From a virus: a stretch of DNA of 64,000 nucleotides. The stretch lies in the IMG/VR virus record IMGVR_UViG_3300031420_000490; one strand, given 5' to 3'. The notes under the pieces were generated by a model. The model did no database searches and was not told where the DNA came from. It was given only the letters and a program-made list of their open reading frames with translations. A program made the position numbers and the translations under genes. Positions 47,060 to 55,809 of this stretch are shown piece after piece. Numbering within the stretch: position 1 is the first letter of the stretch; every line of letters starts with the position of its first letter.

Positions 47060-47103
47060 AGGCGGCCGGGAAGCATCCAGAGCGGGTGCTTTCCCGGCCG
47101 CCT
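47060..47103 (+). terminator. stem-loop terminator
   Basis: AGGCGGCCGGGAAGCA/TGCTTTCCCGGCCGCCT. Confidence 0.65.
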
Positions 47104-47165
47104 TCCTTCGTTAGAACCGGCTGTGAACACCTGATCCATAGACCTGATAGCAGCTGGAGATTCCC

Positions 47166-48083
47166 ATGGCAGAGCGCTTCCACTTCAACCCCGAGACGGG
47201 TCGCACCGGCAAGTGCGGCGCTGATCCCTCCAACCCGCGCTCTCGCGGATGCAAGTTCGGCCAGTCCGACGGTCAGCACGGTGCAACCCGGGAAGAGGCT
47301 CGAGCAAACTACGAACAGCAGATGGAGTCAGAGCTATTCTCCAACGCTCAGAGCAAGAGCACTGGCGAACAGGATTCGAGCTCGGCGAGCTGGCTCCCGC
47401 CCACAGGACCGAGAACACTCTGGTCTGACTACATCAACGACATCACAGACACAGTAGAAGCCCATCTGCCTCTCGATGATCAGTCTCGCAGAAAGATTCG
47501 ATGGAAGGCTAGCCACGATCTACCCGTCACCATGATGGACGGACTGGAGCTCAAGCTCAAGGGTAGAGACCTCTGGCAGAGGGACGCTCTCAAGCTGAAG
47601 ATCGAACCCAACGGTGCCGTCTCAGTCGAGGACCTGAGCGAAGCGGGACGAGTCGATCCCGGGACAATCAAGCGACTCAGCGAGGATCTAGAGAGCTACC
47701 GAGCTCAGTTCTCGGCTGAAATGCAGGAACGAGTCATCCCCAATAGCAAGATGAACAACGAGCGCTTCCTCGCGATCTGGGCTAAGGCGACCCCCTCAAA
47801 GGAAAGCGCTCCGAAGGCAGCCTACAATCGCTACAGCGACAGCGAGCTCCAGAGCGAGGACTGGGGACTCCAGGATGAGACCGGCTACAGCGCTGCTGAG
47901 CTCATGAGGCTTCGCAACATCGGTGAGGCTGAAATCGCAGAGGCTGAGCGAGGCGATGGCAGCATCTGGATGAAGGTTCCCGGTCGCTCCGAGACCACCA
48001 TCTCTGTGGAACTCGCTCGAAAGGAACTGCCCAATGTGAAGCAGCCCAATAGGGGCAGCATCGGTGGAGGCTACTTCTTCTGA
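47166..48083 (+). CDS. HCCH N-terminal domain plus unknown C-terminal domain(s)
   Basis: MAERFHFNPETG...C...C...H; GGAGA RBS. Confidence 0.75.
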   Translation: MAERFHFNPETGRTGKCGADPSNPRSRGCKFGQSDGQHGATREEARANYEQQMESELFSNAQSKSTGEQDSSSASWLPPTGPRTLWSDYINDITDTVEAHLPLDDQSRRKIRWKASHDLPVTMMDGLELKLKGRDLWQRDALKLKIEPNGAVSVEDLSEAGRVDPGTIKRLSEDLESYRAQFSAEMQERVIPNSKMNNERFLAIWAKATPSKESAPKAAYNRYSDSELQSEDWGLQDETGYSAAELMRLRNIGEAEIAEAERGDGSIWMKVPGRSETTISVELARKELPNVKQPNRGSIGGGYFF

Positions 48084-48148
48084 TCCGATCTGCACCAATA
48101 GCGGCCAGGAGGTTGACAGGAACCTCCTGGCCGTTGTACGATTTCCCC

Positions 48149-48451
48149 ATGACCAAGAGCACCACTGTCCAGACCATCGTCGAGGCCGAGATCGTCGTCG
48201 AGTACGGCCCCGTCCGGCCGAACCACGAGAACCGCCTCCTCACCGCCCTGACCGAGTTCAACGACGCGGGCCTCGTCATCGAGAGCTCCTTCGAGACCGG
48301 CCAGTTCAGCGTCTGCATCGAGCTCACCGGATCCGAGGACGAGCTCGCCCTGCGGGAGATCATCAAGAACACCCTCAACGAGGCCTACGGCGAGGTCGCC
48401 GTGGCCAAGGCCAAGGTCTCGGTGGATTTCGACTCCTACGAGGCCGACTAA
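48149..48451 (+). CDS. hypothetical protein, leaderless
   Basis: TTGACA-18-TACGAT, 6 nt, ATG. Confidence 0.8.
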   Translation: MTKSTTVQTIVEAEIVVEYGPVRPNHENRLLTALTEFNDAGLVIESSFETGQFSVCIELTGSEDELALREIIKNTLNEAYGEVAVAKAKVSVDFDSYEAD

Positions 48452-48530
48452 CAGAACCCCTCAGGCTGCCGGAAGCTTTCGGCAGCCCCGACATCCAGCT
48501 CCAGCTCAATCTCATAGAACGGCAATCACC

Positions 48531-48965
48531 ATGGTGGATCTCTTCCGGGACCTCGGCTTCGACCCGAATTCGGAGGAGGTCCACCAGGCCCGTTTGGCGG
48601 CAGCGGAAGACGAGAAGCGCGCCCGCGCACTCGTCGAGGACATCGCAACCCGGCGCTACCGGCTCGCTGGCTCATCGGGCGTGAAAGAGGAGATCGCAGC
48701 CGCCATCGAGGACTACTCCCGGCTCTTCCCGCCGCCCTACTCCCTGGCTCCCAATCTCAGACTCGCTTCGGTAGCCCTGGCCGACTACCAGGCGCTCCGG
48801 GACGAGAAGGACGAGCTCCTCGCAGAAGTGGGACTCCCGCCGCAGGCCACGCTCCGGGAGCTCATCGGCCACCACCGGGCCAACGCCGCCCTGGCAGCGA
48901 CCTTCGAGGCCATGGCGGACGGATACCGGCCAACCACCCCGGAGGATCCGCAGGCTGCCTCCTGA
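48531..48965 (+). CDS. hypothetical helical protein
   Basis: Typical codon usage. Confidence 0.65.
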   Translation: MVDLFRDLGFDPNSEEVHQARLAAAEDEKRARALVEDIATRRYRLAGSSGVKEEIAAAIEDYSRLFPPPYSLAPNLRLASVALADYQALRDEKDELLAEVGLPPQATLRELIGHHRANAALAATFEAMADGYRPTTPEDPQAAS

Positions 48966-49076
48966 GCGCCTCTGACCGTCGGCGTCCATCGATGTGTGGC
49001 CTCCGGCTGCCGAGGGCTTAGATCGCCGCCTAGCACTTCCACCATCGTCCACAAATCGAGCTCAAGGAGTTAGCCC

Positions 49077-49529
49077 ATGAGAGTCTTTCGATACACCGTC
49101 GAGGGCAGCAACCATGCCCGGGAAGGCTGGGCCGTAGAGATCGGCCCCGGCGACTTCCGGGACACCTACTGGAGCTCGGATCGCTATCGGCTCAATGTGC
49201 GGGAAGTTGAGACCCTGGAGTTCCAGTTCGACACCGACGACTTCGAGAAGATCAAGGGTGACTACGGAAGCGGCATCCCTCCTCGCTGGACAGAGTATGC
49301 TCCGAAGGACCGGGCTCGAATTCCCTCCCAGCATGGACTGCGTCCCACCTGGTATCTCCGCCGGGGCTCCTCACCGGATCTCGACACTCAGATCGAGGCC
49401 CAGCGCAGCGTGCTGGAGCGAGAGGAGACCAACCTTCGGTCGGTGCAGGCCCGCAGAGACAGCGCCCTGGAACGGCTTCAGGGGCTCCTGGCGCAGAGGG
49501 ATGAGCTCATCGGCTCTCAGGAGAAGTAG
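49077..49529 (+). CDS. hypothetical protein with C-terminal coiled coil
   Basis: AAGGAG RBS. Confidence 0.7.
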   Translation: MRVFRYTVEGSNHAREGWAVEIGPGDFRDTYWSSDRYRLNVREVETLEFQFDTDDFEKIKGDYGSGIPPRWTEYAPKDRARIPSQHGLRPTWYLRRGSSPDLDTQIEAQRSVLEREETNLRSVQARRDSALERLQGLLAQRDELIGSQEK

Positions 49530-49606
49530 TTCAGGCTCTCAGGTAGCAAGAACAGAGGCGGCCCGGGGTATTGCCCTTGGCCGCCTCGCCGTGTATAGTG
49601 ATGCCC

Positions 49607-49813
49607 ATGGACACCACAGACCGCTACATGGTTCGCTACTCCAAGGCCGGCGAGTTCCTCGACGAGGACCGAGATTTCTCCGACGACGGCCGCTTCGAGT
49701 GGTTCGACCAGGCCGTACAGCTCGCCGAGGTCGGTGAGACCATCGAGCTCGTTGACCTCGAGAGTGGCGTGGTCCTCGAGACCGTCACCAAGGAGGCCGC
49801 TACGAAGCTCTGA
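49607..49813 (+). CDS. small protein, leaderless MDTT start
   Basis: TTGCCC-17-TATAGT, 7 nt, ATG. Confidence 0.75.
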   Translation: MDTTDRYMVRYSKAGEFLDEDRDFSDDGRFEWFDQAVQLAEVGETIELVDLESGVVLETVTKEAATKL

Positions 49814-49890
49814 GCATCGCTGCTCGCGCTTCGATAGTTGGCAGAATCCGAAGACAGACTTTTTCACAGATTTCAGTAAGGAACACCATC

Positions 49891-50547
49891 ATGGCAACAG
49901 CATCCCAGCCCCGGGAGCTCGGCGAGCTCCTCCCCGTCCCCTCGGGGAACTTCATCGTCCTCGACTTCGAGGCAACCTGCTCCAACCCCGGCAACTCCAT
50001 CCAGGTCCCTCGAGGCGAGATGGAGATCATCGAGATCGGCGCCCTCGCCGTCTCCCCGGAGCTCGAGGTCCTCGGTGAGTTCCCGCGCTTCGTGCGCCCC
50101 GTGCGGAACCCGATCCTCTCGGAGTTCGCCACCGAGCTCACCACCATCACCCAGGCCGAGGTGGACGGCGCAGAGGACTTCCCCACCGTGGCCGCAGAGC
50201 TCGCCTTCTGGGCAGCTGAGCACGAGATCTCCTGGTGGGGATCCTGGGGCAAGTACGACAGGGGACAGCTCACCCAGGATGTGCGCTTCCACCGGGTCCC
50301 GGACCCGCTGCCGCAGGAGCACTTCAACATCAAGGAGGCCTTCAGCGCCCGGCAGAACATCAAGCGCCGGCTCGGCCTCGGAGGCGCCGTGAAGCTCGCT
50401 GGGCTCAACTTCGCTGGCACCGCCCACCGGGCCATCGATGACACTCGGAACATCGCTCGCATCCTGCCCTTCGTCCTCGGAGACGCTGCGGTGAAGAACC
50501 CCGCTGGCTTCTCGAAGGACTCCATCGAGGAGGGCCGGGTGGCCTGA
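49891..50547 (+). CDS. DEDDh 3'-5' exonuclease (ERI-1/KapD-like)
   Basis: LDFEATC, EIIEIGA, LT.ITQ..VD, WG.YD, HRAIDD. Confidence 0.88.
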   Translation: MATASQPRELGELLPVPSGNFIVLDFEATCSNPGNSIQVPRGEMEIIEIGALAVSPELEVLGEFPRFVRPVRNPILSEFATELTTITQAEVDGAEDFPTVAAELAFWAAEHEISWWGSWGKYDRGQLTQDVRFHRVPDPLPQEHFNIKEAFSARQNIKRRLGLGGAVKLAGLNFAGTAHRAIDDTRNIARILPFVLGDAAVKNPAGFSKDSIEEGRVA

Positions 50548-50622
50548 GCTTCGGCTCGGGGCTCCGACCCTCTCTCGACCTAGCTCTACAGCTTCCAGCA
50601 CTGCCGAAAGGAAACCACCACC

Positions 50623-51003
50623 ATGGCCTCACCGACCTTCGAGCTCAAGGAGTTCCACCTGGAGCTCCTCAAGGAGCTCCGCTTCCAGTGGAACGACCAG
50701 ACGGGCTCGCCTGAGCTCAGGGAGGGCGATCCCTACGGAGGCGCCTTCAACGATCTCCTGGCATCGATCTACGAGATCTACGCTCGCTTCGAGGGCTACG
50801 AGCTCCTTTCCAACGAGATCGGAGAGTCGAGCTTCGTGGCCAAGGACGGTCGAGTCATCGACGCCGAGGACATCGCCGAGGAGCTCTGGCGCTACCACCG
50901 GGATCTTCCCACCGTGTTGGAGATCGTGGCCAGCGATCCCCTCCGTGGCGTCACCTTCGGGGACTACCGGCGCGGCGCTCGCGGCAAGTGGGAAGCGATC
51001 TGA
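50623..51003 (+). CDS. hypothetical protein (paralogue of 46344)
   Basis: Same shared motifs as 46344. Confidence 0.75.
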   Translation: MASPTFELKEFHLELLKELRFQWNDQTGSPELREGDPYGGAFNDLLASIYEIYARFEGYELLSNEIGESSFVAKDGRVIDAEDIAEELWRYHRDLPTVLEIVASDPLRGVTFGDYRRGARGKWEAI

Positions 51004-51542
51004 TGGGCGAGGTCATCGACTCCAAGTTCGAGCAGTTTGAACCACAGGCTTTCTACATCGTCGAGCCCCACGAGGCCTGGGTCAAGGAGGGACAGGTTCC
51101 CATCAGCGCCATCGCTGAGCGGGTCTACGGCAAGCCCTTCAACGCTCTGCGAGCCTGCCAGGCAGGTGACGACAGTGTCCGCAACGACTCAGTGGTGCTC
51201 TACGACTTCAGCGATGAGAAGTCCCTGAAGTGGCAGCTCGAGGACTTCGACGAGCCTCGCGTCTATCTCGGCTATGATGCTCAAAAGGGTGAGGGTGTCT
51301 ACAAGGAAGGTGTGACTTCCCTGGACTACTGGCTCTCGATCTCCTGGGTCGGCCGGGACGGAGCAACTCGAGCGACCGTGGACGCCAATCCTCGAGAGGG
51401 CAGCGACCTTCAGGGAGCGATCTTCCCGGAGGACTTCTATGCCCAGCGAGCCTACTCTCCGAACCTGAGCGGCATCCTCGCGGACCTGATCCGTCGAGGT
51501 GAGCTTCCTCAGGGTCGCTATCTCTTCAAGCACTGGTGGTGA
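51003..51542 (+). CDS. hypothetical protein
   Basis: TGATG coupling. Confidence 0.7.
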   Translation: MGEVIDSKFEQFEPQAFYIVEPHEAWVKEGQVPISAIAERVYGKPFNALRACQAGDDSVRNDSVVLYDFSDEKSLKWQLEDFDEPRVYLGYDAQKGEGVYKEGVTSLDYWLSISWVGRDGATRATVDANPREGSDLQGAIFPEDFYAQRAYSPNLSGILADLIRRGELPQGRYLFKHWW

Positions 51543-51552
51543 AAGGAAAGCC

Positions 51553-52092
51553 ATGATTCAGGTCGGCGCAGAGGACACCGAGGCTCAGAGCTCCATGAGG
51601 GACCTTACAGAGCTCCATGAGCGGCTGAGCTACCACATCGGAGCCATCGTCTCCGTCGAGATCGACCGTGACAGAGAGCGTAGACTCAAGAGTAGCACAA
51701 AGGGAATCGGAAGCTTTGTCTACAGCGAAAATGGAACCCCTCTGGGCAGCCGAACCGTTACCTCAGGTCGCCTTGAGCGTGTGAAGCTCACCGAAGGCAT
51801 TCCCGGTCAGTCCACATTTGGCTATTGCTTCGAGGGGGACACGGCAATCCGAGAGGACATCTCCCTCGCGGACTCTAGCGTGAAGGTACTCCTCGACGGA
51901 GTCTGGAAGATCATCCACGAGCCCGAAGCCTGGAGGGTCGCTGATCAGGAGGAGAGCGCAGCCGCTGAGCTCAAGCGGCTCGCAATCACTCCCCTGAGCC
52001 AGTGGACTGAAGATGAGCGCCGGCGCCACGGTCAGCCCTCTCTACTGGAGACCTACCTCAAGCGAGACTCCGAGACTTCCTGGAGCGAGTAG
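51553..52092 (+). CDS. hypothetical protein
   Basis: AAAGGA RBS. Confidence 0.65.
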   Translation: MIQVGAEDTEAQSSMRDLTELHERLSYHIGAIVSVEIDRDRERRLKSSTKGIGSFVYSENGTPLGSRTVTSGRLERVKLTEGIPGQSTFGYCFEGDTAIREDISLADSSVKVLLDGVWKIIHEPEAWRVADQEESAAAELKRLAITPLSQWTEDERRRHGQPSLLETYLKRDSETSWSE

Positions 52093-52146
52093 CGTTTTTC
52101 ATGCTAGATTTCAGCATTTCAACATTCTGATGTGAGGAATACCAAT

Positions 52147-52461
52147 ATGCAGTACATCACCGTGACTAAACCCCGGATGCTCACCGAGGGCCAGGAGCTC
52201 CTCCTGGCGATCTATGCTGAGTTCGAGTCCTCCACGAGCTACTACGCTCGAGTGAGCGAGGCCATCACCGGCTCAGAGAGCGATGTGAGCGGCAGAACCC
52301 TGGGAGAGGCCGTGAACTCAGCCCTCGAGTGGGCAGGGGTAGCAGACTTCCGGGTCTCGGTTCACGGCGCAGCAGAGTCCATCCGCGGCGAGCTCCAGGC
52401 GGCCGGGGAGCTCATGGAGGACGCCGGGGACTTCGAGATTCGACTCTTCACAGACTTCTGA
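52147..52461 (+). CDS. hypothetical protein
   Basis: GAGGA RBS; upstream palindromic box. Confidence 0.7.
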   Translation: MQYITVTKPRMLTEGQELLLAIYAEFESSTSYYARVSEAITGSESDVSGRTLGEAVNSALEWAGVADFRVSVHGAAESIRGELQAAGELMEDAGDFEIRLFTDF

Positions 52462-52516
52462 GCTCGGGCAATCGCGCCTTCGCTGACCTCCATCCAAACT
52501 CTAGAAAGGAAAGACC

Positions 52517-52918
52517 ATGGGCTACAGCTCAAGGATCACCAGCTTCCAGCAGCGTGAGCTCCGGCTCAAGGAGGGCACAACAGAGAAGCAAGTTCTCGCA
52601 GCGCTGAACAAGATGGACGAGGACCACGGAGAGTTCCTCGGCTATATCTTCGACATCGAGCTCGATGAGGAGACGGGAGAGTTCTTCATCACGCCCAATG
52701 GCGAAGGCGGCAAGCTCTACGATCTCGATTCAGCGCTTCAGGGCCTCCTGAACATGCTCCAGTCCTTTGCTCCCGCTGGCGGCTTCAAGGGCGGTGGGCT
52801 GCAGCTGCGCTTCGAGGTCATCGGCGAGGACGGGGATCATCGACTCTTTCAGAGCGACGGAAAGACCGTCCAGGTCTTCGAGGGAGAGATCACCTACCCG
52901 GACGCTCCCGCCTGGTAG
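52517..52918 (+). CDS. hypothetical protein
   Basis: AAAGGA RBS. Confidence 0.75.
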   Translation: MGYSSRITSFQQRELRLKEGTTEKQVLAALNKMDEDHGEFLGYIFDIELDEETGEFFITPNGEGGKLYDLDSALQGLLNMLQSFAPAGGFKGGGLQLRFEVIGEDGDHRLFQSDGKTVQVFEGEITYPDAPAW

Positions 52919-53003
52919 AGGCCGCGAAAGGGACTCCTTAGATATGGGACTGTGATACTCAAGGGTGAGACCACAGTTCCGTAGCACAGCAAGGAGGCCG
53001 ACG

Positions 53004-54110
53004 ATGGCCACAGACAGCACCAGCGATCCCGTGAAGGATGCCTCAGAGCGCGAGCTCGACGAGCTCCGGGGTGAGACGCTCCAGGGTAGGCTCAACAGCC
53101 TCGCCAACGCAACCCTAGAGAGCGGAGGCGCGGATCTCCTTCCGCCAGCGCTCATCGGCACGGATCAGCTCCCCCGGCCCGTGCGAAAGGCGGTGGTCCC
53201 AGCGGCCGGCCTCGGCACTCGCTTCCTACCGGCCACCAAGTCCATGCCCAAGGAGATGCTGCCAGTTGTGGACAAGCCCGCGATCCACTATGTGGTGGAG
53301 GAGGCTGCCAAGGCTGGGCTCGACGATGTGCTCATCATCACGGGCCGCAACAAGAACTCCATCAACGACCACTTCGACAGCGTGCCCGAGCTCGAGGCAA
53401 CCCTGGAGGCCAAGGGTGACACCACGAAGCTCTCCAAGGTCCAGGAGCCCACGGAGCTCGCTCGGATCCACACGCTGCGCCAGGGCCGGCCCCTGGGCCT
53501 AGGTCACGCCGTGTCCACGGCTGAGCTCCACACGGGCGACGAGCCCTTCGCTGTGCTCCTCGGAGACGACCTCATCGACGGCCGGGATGCGCTCCTCACT
53601 GAGATGGTGCGAGTTCACGGGGAGACAGGCGGCACCGTGGTTGCGCTCATGGAGGTACCCGAGGACTCGATCCACCTCTACGGGTGCGCTGCGGTGGAGC
53701 ACTGTGGCTACACCACTGCCTCGGACGCCGAGGTCGTCCGCATCACGGACCTCGTGGAGAAGCCTGCGGCTGCTGACGCACCCTCCAACCTTGCGGTCAT
53801 CGGCCGCTATGTGCTCACGCCCGGCATCTACCCGGTGCTCAGGAACACCGCTCCAGGCAAGGGCAACGAGATCCAGCTCACGGATGCGCTCCGCACCATC
53901 GCCCAGGGCAACGGAGAGGCTGGAGAGGCGCCCGTCTATGGCGTGATCTTCCGGGGTCGGCGCTACGACACTGGAGATCGGGCGGACTGGATCAAGGCCA
54001 ATGTGCTCCTGGGAGTCGATCACCCTGAGATCGGGGCTGAGCTCCGAGAGTGGATCCTGAGCTACGCCACTCTCCTTCAGACCGAGGACGACTGCGAAGC
54101 GCTCGAGTAG
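53004..54110 (+). CDS. galU: UTP--glucose-1-phosphate uridylyltransferase with N-terminal extension
   Basis: KAVVPAAGLGTRFLPATK..PKEMLPVVDKP, Q..PLGLGHAV, LGDD, VEKP, EIQLTDA, RYDTG; AAGGAGG RBS. Confidence 0.93.
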   Translation: MATDSTSDPVKDASERELDELRGETLQGRLNSLANATLESGGADLLPPALIGTDQLPRPVRKAVVPAAGLGTRFLPATKSMPKEMLPVVDKPAIHYVVEEAAKAGLDDVLIITGRNKNSINDHFDSVPELEATLEAKGDTTKLSKVQEPTELARIHTLRQGRPLGLGHAVSTAELHTGDEPFAVLLGDDLIDGRDALLTEMVRVHGETGGTVVALMEVPEDSIHLYGCAAVEHCGYTTASDAEVVRITDLVEKPAAADAPSNLAVIGRYVLTPGIYPVLRNTAPGKGNEIQLTDALRTIAQGNGEAGEAPVYGVIFRGRRYDTGDRADWIKANVLLGVDHPEIGAELREWILSYATLLQTEDDCEALE

Positions 54111-54251
54111 AATATATTGGAATTTGTGTGCTGAATTTTAGCATACCTAATTTCTTGTCTTACATTTCAATTTCAGAGCGTTGTTGAGCCCCTGGGGCCA
54201 AGATGGTTGATAGTATGCGGGCCTACATGGCCAGTACCCAGGAGAACCATC

Positions 54252-55190
54252 TTGGCCCCTAAGCTCAAATCAGCTCCCAAGATCGCTGCAGTCGCTCTGG
54301 CCGCAGCAGCAATCGGCACCGTTGCCGTACCGTCCGCCTCCGCAGCTGGAGGTCCCGCCTACTTCGGCGTGAAGACCGTCTACAGCGAGACTCCCTCGAT
54401 CTTTGGATTCAGGGGCTACTTCGGCGGAAGCAACGAGGGTACCAACCCAGGCGGAGGCAGCACCGATCCGGGCAACGGATCCGATCCCGGGGATGGAACT
54501 AACCCAGGCGACGGCACAGGACCCGGCGACGGTGGAACTGGTGGCGGGAACCTTCCCTATCCGGCTGAGTGCACTGTCTCCAATCAGATCAGCAGCTGGT
54601 TTGTCAGCGTGGGTACTACCGACGGAAAGCTCTACCTCGTCCCCACGAGCGATGCCGACTACAGCAGCTCCAACCCCAACGCCTATTCCAAGTGGATGAG
54701 CGAGGCTCGAGAACAGGGAGCCACCATCAGTGTGGGCAAACCCAAGTCGAGCTTCGACCGGCTCTCCATCGAGCACTACGATCCGTCCAGCGGAGAGTCC
54801 ACCTATGACACACGCTACGATGTGGACTTCAGCGAGTTCGACTCCAGTGCTGGCACTGGCAAGGCCGTGTCTGCCGGAACCATAGATTCCACGAAGTTCC
54901 CGTCCTACTACAAGGCCACTGACCGAGACGCTGTCAACTACGACACGGTCGAGGTAACGGGCCTCAACACTGACTCCGTCCGGGATCTCATGAACACTCC
55001 TGAGTTCTACGAGAAGGTGGGAGCAACCTACTCCACGAGTAGCGATCCCAAGGCTCCCTACTACTCGCTCTACCCTCGGGCGCTCAATGTGAGCTACCCG
55101 GTGACTGTGGACTGGCCGGCCGATTCGAAGTACTCCAGGTGCTCCGCAACCACTGAGGCAGTCTACAGCCTGAGGCTCGATGCAGCCTAA
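54252..55190 (+). CDS. secreted protein with xPGxG-repeat linker
   Basis: Signal peptide ...PSASA from TTG 54252 (AGGAGA RBS); NPGGG/DPGNG/DPGDG/NPGDG/GPGDG. Confidence 0.7.
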   Translation: MAPKLKSAPKIAAVALAAAAIGTVAVPSASAAGGPAYFGVKTVYSETPSIFGFRGYFGGSNEGTNPGGGSTDPGNGSDPGDGTNPGDGTGPGDGGTGGGNLPYPAECTVSNQISSWFVSVGTTDGKLYLVPTSDADYSSSNPNAYSKWMSEAREQGATISVGKPKSSFDRLSIEHYDPSSGESTYDTRYDVDFSEFDSSAGTGKAVSAGTIDSTKFPSYYKATDRDAVNYDTVEVTGLNTDSVRDLMNTPEFYEKVGATYSTSSDPKAPYYSLYPRALNVSYPVTVDWPADSKYSRCSATTEAVYSLRLDAA

Positions 55191-55284
55191 GCCCTTAGAC
55201 CAGAGACGCCTGATCCCAGGAGATTTAGCCTCGAGCTGAACTAGCCGGTTGCGAAAGGCCCGGCGGAGATGTAGGGTGGATCCC

Positions 55285-55704
55285 ATGACCACCACTCGTT
55301 TCCGCCGGGCCTCTGCTCTGGGCGCCCTCGTCCTCGCAGCCTTCGCTGTCTTCGTGCTCACGGGCTGCTCTGCTGAGCTCACCCGGGAAGAGGCTCAGGC
55401 CTCGGACCACCAGGTCATCGAGGTGGGCAGCAAGTTCTGGTCCGGCTACGAGTGGGCCTACCGGGGCGCGGACGGTAAGAAGGTCCCCCTCACCGAGGAC
55501 TGCCACGAGGGCGCCTTCTCCCTGTCCTGCAAGGGCTCCAAGGATGGGCTCATCCAGTTCTACTACTCCGTCACCAAGTACGGGGTCGAGGCGGACTCCA
55601 TCACCATCGATGGAGTCGAGTGGGACGCGGATTGCACCCAGAAGCCCGGACTCGCCGGAGGCGACTACATCTGTGCTCCCCTGGCGGACGCTGGCAAGGA
55701 GTAG
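55285..55704 (+). CDS. lipoprotein (paralogue of 3142), leaderless
   Basis: LTG-C lipobox; TTGCGA-17-TAGGGT, 7 nt, ATG. Confidence 0.75.
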   Translation: MTTTRFRRASALGALVLAAFAVFVLTGCSAELTREEAQASDHQVIEVGSKFWSGYEWAYRGADGKKVPLTEDCHEGAFSLSCKGSKDGLIQFYYSVTKYGVEADSITIDGVEWDADCTQKPGLAGGDYICAPLADAGKE

Positions 55705-55809
55705 CCTGCCCACCTGGAGGTCGCGCTGAGGTGTTAGAGCATCTGAGACCAGGTTCCCCGCCGGTGAACAGCAACCCGGCGAGGGACCTGTTCCAATGGG
55801 GCCGGATTC

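Noticed and set aside
12206-48451. Possible paralogy of 12206 and 48149
   Set aside because: The similarity (N/DRL...F...G..I.S..E.G...V) is too weak to support by eye.
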